Shown here: one piece after another, positions 1-8,368 of the stretch
How positions within the stretch are numbered: position 1 is the first letter of the stretch
How the letters are laid out: every line of letters begins with the position of its first letter
Assembly (NCBI GenBank): GCA_963676915.2
Contig: CAXXVK010000039.1
Location: 1 to 30,322 of the forward strand
DNA: 30,322 nt
Source: Myxococcota bacterium
GTDB taxonomy: Bacteria > Myxococcota_A > SURF-8 > G963663525
Direction: 5' to 3'
Translations under genes and position numbers: made by a program
Notes under the pieces: model-generated
What the model saw: the letters and a program-made list of their open reading frames with translations, nothing else
Told to the model about the DNA's origin: nothing
Databases searched by the model: none

Positions 1-118
1 AAAACTGCCGTGCGGCGGCTTCGATCATCGTGCCGTTTGCAAGGCGCGCTCGTGCTTTATCGCTGCCGAAACGGCGGCTGGTCCCTCCTGCCATAATGTA
101 TAGAGGAAATCGATTCAC
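1..118 (-). CDS. mobA: Molybdenum cofactor guanylyltransferase, 5' part only (runs off the window edge)
   Basis: Not in the ORF track. Manual translation from GTG at 118 gives (M)NRFPLYIMAGGTSRRFGSDKARARLANGTMIEAAARQF, which contains the MobA/NTP-transferase N-terminal motif (L/M)AGGxSRRFGxDKA. The GTG overlaps the TGA of the upstream MMPL gene (GTGA). Confidence 0.8.
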   Translation of the reverse strand, partial: MNRFPLYIMAGGTSRRFGSDKARARLANGTMIEAAARQF

Positions 119-2418
119 GCGGCGTTTTCCTTGTTTTTACGGGAACGTAGGATCAGCGGAAGGATGACCGGCAGCAGGAAGAGGTCGGCGATCAGCGCCG
201 TGGAAATCGCTCCGACGGAGAGCAGGCCGAACGAGACGTTGCCTTGCACGTTGGAGGTGAAAATCGGCACCGAAAAACCACTGATAAGCACGATGGAGGT
301 GTAAATCATCGCTTTTCCCGTGCCGTGAATGGCACGATGCAGAACTTCTTCTTCGGGACGCCCTTGCAGGTGTTCGGAGAGGTAACGGGTGATGAAGTGC
401 ACGGTATCGTCCACCGCGATACCGAACGCAATGGAAAACGTGATCGCCGAACTGGGCTTGAGATTGATTCCCAACGCTCCGATCATGCCGAGAATGATGG
501 CCAATGGCAGAATATTGGGCAACAGAGAGATCAAGCCGACTCCCAACGAACGGAACTGAATCACCAAAAGTATGGTAATTACGGCAAAAGCGAGCAAAAA
601 CGTGTAAAAAATCTCATCCACCACAAGGGTGTTGATCATGTGAGCGACGGGATTCATGCCGGTCAAGGTAACCTTCAGATCGTCGGGGCTGTTCTTTTCG
701 ATCCACTTTTGGATGGTTCCGTAGATTTCATAGGCCCGAGGAGAATAGACATCTTCGATGCGTGACGAAACACGGGTTTTGTCCGACAGCGGGGAAACCA
801 GTCCTTCCATCGGATCTTTGCCGCTCATGGAGTACAGCAACATGTATTGAGCGATTTCCCGGCGGGTTTCGGGTATTCGATAATAGGCGGGATCGGAACC
901 ATTCATGGTTTGCGACAGTTCCTTGATCATATCGCTGGGGGCGTAGACTTTGTGAATTTCTGGAAACGTTTCGAGATAGTTTTTGGTTTTTTCTGCAAAA
1001 CGCATCACGGCAGGTTCTTTGATGCCGTCCTTTTCTCCGGTTTCTATCAGGATATCGAAGGGCATTACACCGCCCATCTTCTTTTCGAGATAGGTTTGTG
1101 TCCGAATGATGGGGTGGTCGGCGTCGAGGTCTTCGAGCAGGCGTTGTTTGCGCTCCACTTTCGTGGCGTAAAAGGTTCCGACGATCATCAGCGCCAGACA
1201 AAGGGAAAGAGAGAGCCAACGGTGTTTCGTCGTCATGATTTCGACGAAATTCAAAAAAGATAGGGAGCTTCCTTTGAAATAGCGATTTAATCTTTTGTAG
1301 GAAGGACGAGGCATCAGGGACAACACGGCGGGAAACAGCGTGATCGTGATCAGGTAAGCGCTCATAACGCCAATGGCGGTGAAAAGACCGAATTCGCGCA
1401 AAATACCGATGTCGGTTGTCATCAATACGCAAAATCCGACCGCTGTGGTGAAACTTGTGATGAAGCAGGCCACTCCAAGATGTTCGGTCGTTTTCAAAAT
1501 GGCGTCGTAGCGAGTTCTTCCCCGCAACAGTTCCTCGTAAAACCGGGTGTGATAATGGACGGAATTCGCCACGCCGGTGATCATTACGACCACGGGCATC
1601 AGGGTACTCATCAGGCTGATTTTGACATCGGCCATCGCCATCGTTCCGACCGAAGCCAGCATGGCCAAAAGGACGAGAACCATCGACAGTGCCACGCCTG
1701 CCCAATGGCGGAAGGTGAACAGCAGAATAATCAACGTAACGAGCGCCGCCATGGAGGTCATGGTTGCGGTGTCGTGCGTCATGATTTCGGCATAGGCGCT
1801 ACGGGAATGCGGAACCCCGCCGAAGGTGATTTGAAGGCCGGTATCTTTTTCCAACTGGTCCACAAGGGCGTGCATATCCTTCAAGATCGTCGCCCGACCA
1901 TCCGAAGTGTTCAAGTCCGGTTCGATTTTGACAATGAATAAAACCGCCTTGCCATCCTGAGAAATGTACGAACCGTTGTAAAGTTCGCTTTCCATCAGGT
2001 AGCGCTTTTTATTCTCGAAATCTTCCTTGTTTTCAGGGATTTCCTCGAACAGATCGTCAATGTAGAGTGTGTCGTTTTCCCACCGGGGCCGTGAGGCATT
2101 GATCAGGCTGTCCACCTCGACGATGCCCGAAACTTCCTCTGCGGCTTCTTGGAACGTTTTCAGGCGAGACATCTGCTTCTCGGTGAAAACGTCGTCACCC
2201 TCCAAGGCTATCAGCAGAGATGTGTCGTCGTATCCGAAATCCTCGATGACCTCGAAATACTTAATGACATCGGGATGTTCCGGCGGAAAAAACTGTTTGA
2301 AACTGTATTTGAAACCGATTTGGTTGGCGAAAAACAACAGAACGGCTGTTACCGCCAGGTACAGCACAATGACGGGGATTCGAAGTCGTATCAGCCACTC
2401 GGCCAGCTTAATGAACAA
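115..2418 (-). CDS. MMPL/RND-superfamily membrane transporter (putative lipid exporter)
   Basis: Two repeats of 1 TM + large periplasmic loop + 5 TM; GVANSVHY and GIAVDDTVHF transmembrane motifs typical of MMPL/RND. The ORF track starts at 2553, but the in-frame TTG at 2418 (MFIKLAEWLIRLR...) follows a purine-rich GAAAGAGAG and gives a typical MMPL N-terminus. Start uncertain. Confidence 0.9.
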   Translation of the reverse strand: MFIKLAEWLIRLRIPVIVLYLAVTAVLLFFANQIGFKYSFKQFFPPEHPDVIKYFEVIEDFGYDDTSLLIALEGDDVFTEKQMSRLKTFQEAAEEVSGIVEVDSLINASRPRWENDTLYIDDLFEEIPENKEDFENKKRYLMESELYNGSYISQDGKAVLFIVKIEPDLNTSDGRATILKDMHALVDQLEKDTGLQITFGGVPHSRSAYAEIMTHDTATMTSMAALVTLIILLFTFRHWAGVALSMVLVLLAMLASVGTMAMADVKISLMSTLMPVVVMITGVANSVHYHTRFYEELLRGRTRYDAILKTTEHLGVACFITSFTTAVGFCVLMTTDIGILREFGLFTAIGVMSAYLITITLFPAVLSLMPRPSYKRLNRYFKGSSLSFLNFVEIMTTKHRWLSLSLCLALMIVGTFYATKVERKQRLLEDLDADHPIIRTQTYLEKKMGGVMPFDILIETGEKDGIKEPAVMRFAEKTKNYLETFPEIHKVYAPSDMIKELSQTMNGSDPAYYRIPETRREIAQYMLLYSMSGKDPMEGLVSPLSDKTRVSSRIEDVYSPRAYEIYGTIQKWIEKNSPDDLKVTLTGMNPVAHMINTLVVDEIFYTFLLAFAVITILLVIQFRSLGVGLISLLPNILPLAIILGMIGALGINLKPSSAITFSIAFGIAVDDTVHFITRYLSEHLQGRPEEEVLHRAIHGTGKAMIYTSIVLISGFSVPIFTSNVQGNVSFGLLSVGAISTALIADLFLLPVILPLILRSRKNKENAA

Positions 2419-2815
2419 CGGTTGCTCTCTTTCCCGGTTTTTATATTCGAAAATTCGGACCGGACCGCTTGCCTGTCCGAACGCCCTTTGTAGCAGAAGT
2501 ACGGCGAGATACAAAATTTTGATGGAAAACAGCGGTTGCGTTCTCTTTTTCAAGCGGATTCGAGTCAGCTCGTCGTTGTTTTCGAGGTGCTTAAAATGTT
2601 GCCTCCAAATGGATTTGATTTTTTTTGTGGAAACTGTGATTTGTCCAGTGTGATCAAGTGGTTAATGTTTGTTTTTTCCTCATAGGCATACGGAGTTCTT
2701 TTTTGATTCATGTTTTTGAATGAATACAGGGTGATTTCTCTTGAATCAGGTTCCTGAAAAGATATACTTTTAGATAGTACCAATTCACAATCTTTGCTGG
2801 GGAATGGAGACTTGT

Positions 2816-4858
2816 ATGAATCGGTCGGGGCATGTTTTTGTGGTGTTTTTCCTGTTTTTTGTGATTCATGCTGGATGTTCCAAAGGGGGAAATGCCGAGA
2901 AGATCGCCAGCGGTCTGGAAGACCGGTTGACGCAGGCGTTGAGTTTCGAGGGAGGGGCGATTGTCAACGAAGAACCACCCGTGGGATCGAGCGATCCTTC
3001 CGCACCCCAGATCAAAACCATCGATGCTCCGGTCCAGTTCCGTAAAGGGGCGGATTTCAAGGTGGTTCTCACAAGCGATTTCGACCAGCCGGATGACGTG
3101 GACAAAGCGCTCGTACACGTAAAAGGGGCTAGCAAATACATTGTGATCAACAAGCCTCTGTCGTCTCTGGAATCGTCCGAGAAATGGTTGTCGCAAAAAC
3201 TTCTCGAAGACATTTCCTCCGTCATGAAGCTAGCGGGTGTACTGACGGATGATGACGAGTTGGGTGGGGAATTCATTCTGGAGTACGCCCTCCAAACCAA
3301 GGATGGCGTGACGGGTGTTTTCAAGGAGCGCTCCATGGAAATCCCCGAAGAGGTTGCAGAATGCCTGACGGGCGATTGTTGCAACGGCGGTCAGTGGATC
3401 GAGGAAGGGAGTCCCTGTGTTTCGGGTGAGGATGACCTGTCCTGTACAGACGATCTTTGTACCGCCGAGCACGCTTGCGAAGCTGTTATTGTGGAAGGAT
3501 TCTGTGCCATCGACGGGTCTTGTTTCGCTGATGGTGTGGTTGATCTCGACCACGATTGCCAGATGTGTGACGCTACTCTTTCGCCTGCAACCTGGACATT
3601 TCGTGGTTCAGAGGTGGAGTGCCGCTCGTCTGCCGGGGAATGTGACGTGGCCGAATTCTGCGATGGGAATTCCGCCGACTGTCCGGACGACACCAAAAGC
3701 ACCGAATCTTGCCGGGAATCTGCGGGAATCTGTGATGTGGAGGAATTTTGCGACGGTGTGAACGATGTTTGTCCCGACGATGGCTATCGTTCTCAGGGGG
3801 ATGAGTGCGACGATAGCGACGCGTGTACGGCAAACGACCAATGCGACGGACTCGGACCGGATGCGGCAAATTGCCAAGGAGAAACGTATTCCTGCAACGG
3901 TAATGGTGACTGCAACGAGTCGGACGCGTTTTGTTCCTGTGCCGAGGGATATACGGGCGACTACTGCGACGAATGCGACGCTGGATATCAAGGTTATCCC
4001 AATTGCGTACCCGTCACCGTAAAAATCCAGCCGGGGAGCTTCATTATGGGAAGTCCCGATGGCGAGAACTGTCCGCCGGACGAACCGGAGTGCTCGAATC
4101 CCCCCGAAGCCGAGCCGGGACGAGCCGATAACGAAGTGCAACATCAGGTAACGTTGACGCAGGAATTTTCCATCATGACTTGGGAAGTGACGCAACAGGA
4201 GTTCGAAACCCTGCTAGGGTACAATCCCAGCGAAGATAGTACATGTGGAGACGATTGCCCGGTGGAAACGGTATCCTGGCACGAAGCGTTGTTGTGTGCC
4301 AATGCCAAATCTTTGGCCGATGACCTGGATGAATGCTTCGACTGTACCGGCACCGAACCGGATGTGGAGTGCTCGCTCAAAGCGGCGTATTCCAAGCCCC
4401 AGGATTGTCCCGGCTGGCGTCTTCCTACGGAGGCCGAGTGGGAATATGCGATTCGGGCGGGAAGTTCTACGGCCCTGTATCCGAGCGACGGCAACGATGG
4501 ATCGTTGACGCTTTTGGAGTGCAATCTCGATACGAATCTCAATCAAATCGGTTGGTTTTGCGGCAATGAGGAGGAAGGCATCAACCCTTCGGGACGTTTG
4601 GAACCGAACGCCTGGGGACTCTACGATATGAGCGGAAACGTCTGGGAATGGGTGTGGGATTCCTATTGCTCCGAGTACGAAACCTACGGAACCAGCGATC
4701 CGGATGGTCAAGAGTGCTCTGGTCTTAACCATGTGGTTCGTGGTGGAGCGTGGAACCGATTTGCAGAGTTCTCCCGTTCGGCCTACCGGTATTTCAACCC
4801 ACCCGAATACAAGGATTTAAGTTTGGGATTTCGGCTGGTCAAGACAGAATCGGAATAA
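2816..4858 (+). CDS. Cys-rich lipoprotein with disintegrin-like and EGF-like repeats and a C-terminal FGE-sulfatase (SUMF1)-fold domain
   Basis: Signal peptide with lipobox (FFVIHAG-C); GGAGA before ATG 2816 (alternative start 2804). Repeats CRxSAGxCDVxEFCDGxxxxCPDD and EGF-like CSCAEGYTGDYC. The C-terminus has the FGE-fold motifs FIMGSP, PVETVSW, RLPTEAEWEYA, PNAWGLYDMSGNVWEW, RGGAW and GFRLV. Confidence 0.85.
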   Translation: MNRSGHVFVVFFLFFVIHAGCSKGGNAEKIASGLEDRLTQALSFEGGAIVNEEPPVGSSDPSAPQIKTIDAPVQFRKGADFKVVLTSDFDQPDDVDKALVHVKGASKYIVINKPLSSLESSEKWLSQKLLEDISSVMKLAGVLTDDDELGGEFILEYALQTKDGVTGVFKERSMEIPEEVAECLTGDCCNGGQWIEEGSPCVSGEDDLSCTDDLCTAEHACEAVIVEGFCAIDGSCFADGVVDLDHDCQMCDATLSPATWTFRGSEVECRSSAGECDVAEFCDGNSADCPDDTKSTESCRESAGICDVEEFCDGVNDVCPDDGYRSQGDECDDSDACTANDQCDGLGPDAANCQGETYSCNGNGDCNESDAFCSCAEGYTGDYCDECDAGYQGYPNCVPVTVKIQPGSFIMGSPDGENCPPDEPECSNPPEAEPGRADNEVQHQVTLTQEFSIMTWEVTQQEFETLLGYNPSEDSTCGDDCPVETVSWHEALLCANAKSLADDLDECFDCTGTEPDVECSLKAAYSKPQDCPGWRLPTEAEWEYAIRAGSSTALYPSDGNDGSLTLLECNLDTNLNQIGWFCGNEEEGINPSGRLEPNAWGLYDMSGNVWEWVWDSYCSEYETYGTSDPDGQECSGLNHVVRGGAWNRFAEFSRSAYRYFNPPEYKDLSLGFRLVKTESE

Positions 4859-4988
4859 GAGACGGTGCCGCTTGTTTTGCCGATGATCCCTCCGAATCAA
4901 ATAGCCCACGAAGTGATTAAGACTGTGTTTTCATTGGTTTTCGCCGCTTTTCGGGTCTGATACCATTTCGCTATCAAGTATCGAAAGC

Positions 4989-5190
4989 GTCTCGCGTAGT
5001 CTCGCGTAGGTCGGGCAAATTTCTTGCCCGACAATGCCAAGGTGTCGGGCTAAAAATTAGCCCGCCCCAGGCAATTGACAAACCTAACTTTGAACAATTT
5101 TATCGTCTGTAACTTATTGAAATTATTGAAGCTCAAAAACGACAAAGCCACTTTGTCAGCAAGCTGTGTCGGGCTAAAAATTAGCCCGAC
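4989..5190. repeat. REP/BIME-like cluster of three related palindromes between convergent genes
   Basis: GTAG-GTCGGGCAA-atttc-TTGCCCGAC at 5006-5032. Two identical 23-mers GTGTCGGGCTAAAAATTAGCCCG at 5042-5064 and 5166-5188. Tandem 10-mer GTCTCGCGTA x2 at 4989-5008. Confidence 0.7.
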
Positions 5191-5290
5191 TGCGGGATTA
5201 TCCGCATTCACGGAGATATCAGAAATTTGATCAATGGTATGATAGTCCGTGAAACTACGGCACATCGAAGCTTCAGCCTAAATAACCAAG

Positions 5291-6166
5291 CTACGCCTGT
5301 TTGTATTGCTCGAAAAGGTTTTGCATGGAACCGAAGGAGTGCTTTTTCAGTAGCTTGGCAAGCTTTCTTTCGGTTCTGCCAAGACCGACGTATCTTCGGA
5401 ACCGGGAAAAACTTGACATGTCCATACGCGGTTGACCGGGGTCCATATCGTGCGGATGGATGTAAAAATTCACGAATTGGTGCCGTTTGTTCTGAAAATG
5501 GATGGCGGCGGAAACCAGATCGACCGGTAATAGCCTGAAATATCCTCCACCGAACATGGTGAATTTTTTCCCCAAGACATCGAGAACCGTAATCGGCATT
5601 TCGTAAATATCACCGGATTTCGTATGGATGATGTGCGGCTCTGTGGGTGCGTCGGGGCTGCCGCCTTCCAAACGCTTGGCCGGAAAGAGGCTGGAATCGT
5701 AGACGAATCCTTCTTCGGCCAGAATCTCGAAGGCCCATTCGCTGGAAAAATCGATGGAAAAGCTGGGGGCACGGAAGCTTTTGACATCCTTTCCGGTGGC
5801 ATCCTGGAGCGCGTGTTTGGCTTTTCTCAAGTCGCTGCGAAAGGCTTCCGGTCCGGCATTCATGATGTGGTGATGACAATAGGTGTGACACCCGATTTCA
5901 TGGCCCGCGTCGGCGACGGTCTGTACGAGGGCAGGGTAGCGTTCGGCGATCCAGCCGAGGATGAAAAACGTAGCTGTGGTTTGAGATTCGTTCAAAATGT
6001 CCAGCAGTTTGCCCGTAACCGACTCGACCCGGTTTTCAAGAGAAGACCAGGAATCGATGGGAGCCTTGAAACCACCGAATTCGAAATTGAACCAGTCTTC
6101 CAGATCGACGGTGAAAACGTTGTGGATATCTTCTCTAAAAGGCAGTGTCGTATAGCGGACCGACAT
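5291..6166 (-). CDS. Polysaccharide deacetylase (CE4; DUF3473/XrtA-locus-type subfamily)
   Basis: FTVDLEDWF, ATFFILGW, HEIGCHTYCH, FRAPSFS, YDSSLFP, GGGYFR and YIHPHDMDP motifs. Confidence 0.9.
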   Translation of the reverse strand: MSVRYTTLPFREDIHNVFTVDLEDWFNFEFGGFKAPIDSWSSLENRVESVTGKLLDILNESQTTATFFILGWIAERYPALVQTVADAGHEIGCHTYCHHHIMNAGPEAFRSDLRKAKHALQDATGKDVKSFRAPSFSIDFSSEWAFEILAEEGFVYDSSLFPAKRLEGGSPDAPTEPHIIHTKSGDIYEMPITVLDVLGKKFTMFGGGYFRLLPVDLVSAAIHFQNKRHQFVNFYIHPHDMDPGQPRMDMSSFSRFRRYVGLGRTERKLAKLLKKHSFGSMQNLFEQYKQA

Positions 6167-6211
6167 GGAACTATCTCCTCGTCAGAAAAAAGTCAGAGTA
6201 TTGTATCACAT

Positions 6212-7327
6212 CTATATCACATCGTTGGTGCCCCAGGATAAAAACCAGCCGTCAGGGTTTTCGACGATGGGAGCCAGGCTTGGATCATCCGAGAAACAAC
6301 AGCCGCCGAAGTAAATTTCCTGCGGGAAAAATTTTCTACGAATCGGAATGAACTCGTGCAGCAGCAAACTATATCGCAACATGGTGTGTTGTGAGGCCAA
6401 AATACCGATGAAAGGGAAATGCTGTGTACGGGAATAGCGCAAAACGTGAGAAATCAGAGCGGAATAAGCGAACAACGAGTGATCTTTCGCGATCATTTCC
6501 AGGATGTACAAGACTTTGAATTTGTCCTTGATTTTCTTTTCTCCACTCAACACGGCATAACCCAGGATCTTTTCACCCTTACGAGCCACGATGATTTTAT
6601 AAGGTGTTCCCGGTTTATTGGCATAGCGCCAGTTCAAATATCTGAAGTTCCGCCGAACGGTAACATCCTTGGGTGAGTCATTATCCTCGATAAACGCATC
6701 AAACGATTCATCGAATTCCGTGATGGTTTCGATGGAAATTCCCCGGTTGAAGAGTTTGCTTGCCGCCGAATGCCAACCGGACGTGAATGAAAAGAGCTGA
6801 AGTTTGTCGTTGAACAGCAGCGAGGATGTCAGGTCCGAAAGCGATGCCCGCGCCATCAAAGGAACGTCGCCGTATTGTTTCCAGCCCAGTTTCTTGGTTG
6901 TCGGATGGATTCCGTTTTTATTGGGGAACCCGTAGATCAAATGAAAACCTTTTTGAAGGGCATACTCGTACAGTTTTTTGCCGATCGTCGAAAACAACCC
7001 CAGACCTGCATAATCAGGGTGGGTCATCGAATCACAGGACAATATCGCCTTGACGGGTTTTCCTTTTACGAGCAGAACGGAAGGAAGCGCCGTGTAAATG
7101 GATACCAGTTTTTCTTTGTGCCAGGCGCCATATACCAAGGCTTCTCCGGCGGGGTTGTCCAGGTATTTCCATTGGTAAAACGCTTTCAGATTGTCGGCTC
7201 CCAACCATGAACTATATGTTTCATCCGTAAGTTTCAGTAGCTGCGTTCCATCGGAAACGGGGTAAAAGTCGAAGGTGACTTCATCTAGGATCTTTTGTTT
7301 TTCTTCTTTGGTGTATTTGGGTGACAT
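6212..7327 (-). CDS. GNAT-family acyltransferase (two-domain, envelope-polysaccharide-associated type)
   Basis: WKYxxNP, DSMTHPDYAGLGLF acyl-CoA-binding motif, YGFPN, second-domain YLNWRY..PGTPY, and C-terminal W.L.WG.ND; co-oriented 45 bp upstream of the deacetylase. Confidence 0.8.
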   Translation of the reverse strand: MSPKYTKEEKQKILDEVTFDFYPVSDGTQLLKLTDETYSSWLGADNLKAFYQWKYLDNPAGEALVYGAWHKEKLVSIYTALPSVLLVKGKPVKAILSCDSMTHPDYAGLGLFSTIGKKLYEYALQKGFHLIYGFPNKNGIHPTTKKLGWKQYGDVPLMARASLSDLTSSLLFNDKLQLFSFTSGWHSAASKLFNRGISIETITEFDESFDAFIEDNDSPKDVTVRRNFRYLNWRYANKPGTPYKIIVARKGEKILGYAVLSGEKKIKDKFKVLYILEMIAKDHSLFAYSALISHVLRYSRTQHFPFIGILASQHTMLRYSLLLHEFIPIRRKFFPQEIYFGGCCFSDDPSLAPIVENPDGWFLSWGTNDVI

Positions 7328-7612
7328 GTCGGTATTTTTGACTTTCTTGAACGAAAGAGGATTCGTTTTGGGAGTGTTTGGGGAAAATCCACGACATGAC
7401 GCGCATTTTGTCGGAAAAATCCTGTCTGACTTTTCTTTTTTCCCCCGGTGTCTTTGTTTTCAATGTGAGCGCGTGTTGCGTGAAATGTCGCACCTTTTCA
7501 TTTTCTGTACTGCAACGTTGTCTGAAATACCTTCTTTTTTTTCCTGTAGCAATGCTTTTTTGTGCTGTCCAAACTCTCTTATATCGCGTTGTTTTCGAGA
7601 GGATCAATGATA

Positions 7613-8368
7613 TCAGTCAGCGCGTTCCTCTGTAGAAATCGGAGAGCCAAACACTTCCCGAGGATAGCCCATTCGTTGCAAGGGGAAAGCAAGGTCTTCC
7701 GGTATGGGAGCGACCAGCCGTAGGTCGTTTCCCGTTTGGGGATGGGACACCGTGAGTCCCCAGGCATGCAGTGCGAGTCGTTGCAGACCGTATCGCGCGC
7801 GCATGTCCCGGTTGATATCTCCTTTTCCGTAATTCGCATCGCCGATGAGCGGATGGTTCAGGCTTTTCATGTGTCGTCGAACCTGGTGAAGGCGGCCACT
7901 GAAGGGACGGACTTCTACAAGTGACGTTTCACGGGGAAGGGTCGGCAGGGTCGCCAGACGGCGAAACTCGGTGGATGCATCCACGAAATCCCCTGTTTTT
8001 CCGTTTTTTCTCAAGGGTTTATCGATGCGCCCTCTCTCTGGTGCAACACCTCGAACGAGCGCAAGATAACGTTTTTCAACACGATGTTGCACGAATTGGT
8101 CCGACATCTGGTGGGCGATGTCGGATTCCAGTGCGAAAAGAAGCACTCCCGAGGTGGCACGGTCCAACCGATGAAGAGGGTAGACTTTGCGAACCCCTAG
8201 AAAATCGCGGACATGCTGAACCAGCACGTCTTCAGTGTCATCCCATCCTCGATGCACAGAGAGTCCCGAGGGTTTCGAGACGGCCAAAAGCGCGTCATCT
8301 CGATACAAGATGTGCAAACGTGGTTCCGTTTCGGTGTCGTTGGGATGGGATTCGTCGGATCGGTTCAA
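7613..8368 (-). CDS. RluA-family pseudouridine synthase, TruC-like
   Basis: KPSGLSVH, catalytic HRLDRATSG, KRYLALVRG, GRLHQVRRH, HPLIGD..YG and LHAW motifs. The likely start is TTG at 8368, overlapping the GMC stop (TTGA); the ORF-track extension to 8605 lies inside the GMC gene. Confidence 0.9.
   Translation of the reverse strand: MNRSDESHPNDTETEPRLHILYRDDALLAVSKPSGLSVHRGWDDTEDVLVQHVRDFLGVRKVYPLHRLDRATSGVLLFALESDIAHQMSDQFVQHRVEKRYLALVRGVAPERGRIDKPLRKNGKTGDFVDASTEFRRLATLPTLPRETSLVEVRPFSGRLHQVRRHMKSLNHPLIGDANYGKGDINRDMRARYGLQRLALHAWGLTVSHPQTGNDLRLVAPIPEDLAFPLQRMGYPREVFGSPISTEERAD

Noticed and set aside
4600-4858. DGR variable region in the FGE/CLec-fold C-terminus
   Set aside because: No reverse transcriptase or template repeat is visible in the window.
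5042-5188. Two identical 23-bp palindromic repeats as a mini-CRISPR array
   Set aside because: Only two copies, 101 bp apart, and no cas genes; they fit REP-like elements better.
5050-5265. Short intergenic ORFs here and at 2565-2783, 7281-7607 and 19259-19564
   Set aside because: AT-rich regulatory or repeat DNA; no RBS, motif or typical codon usage seen.
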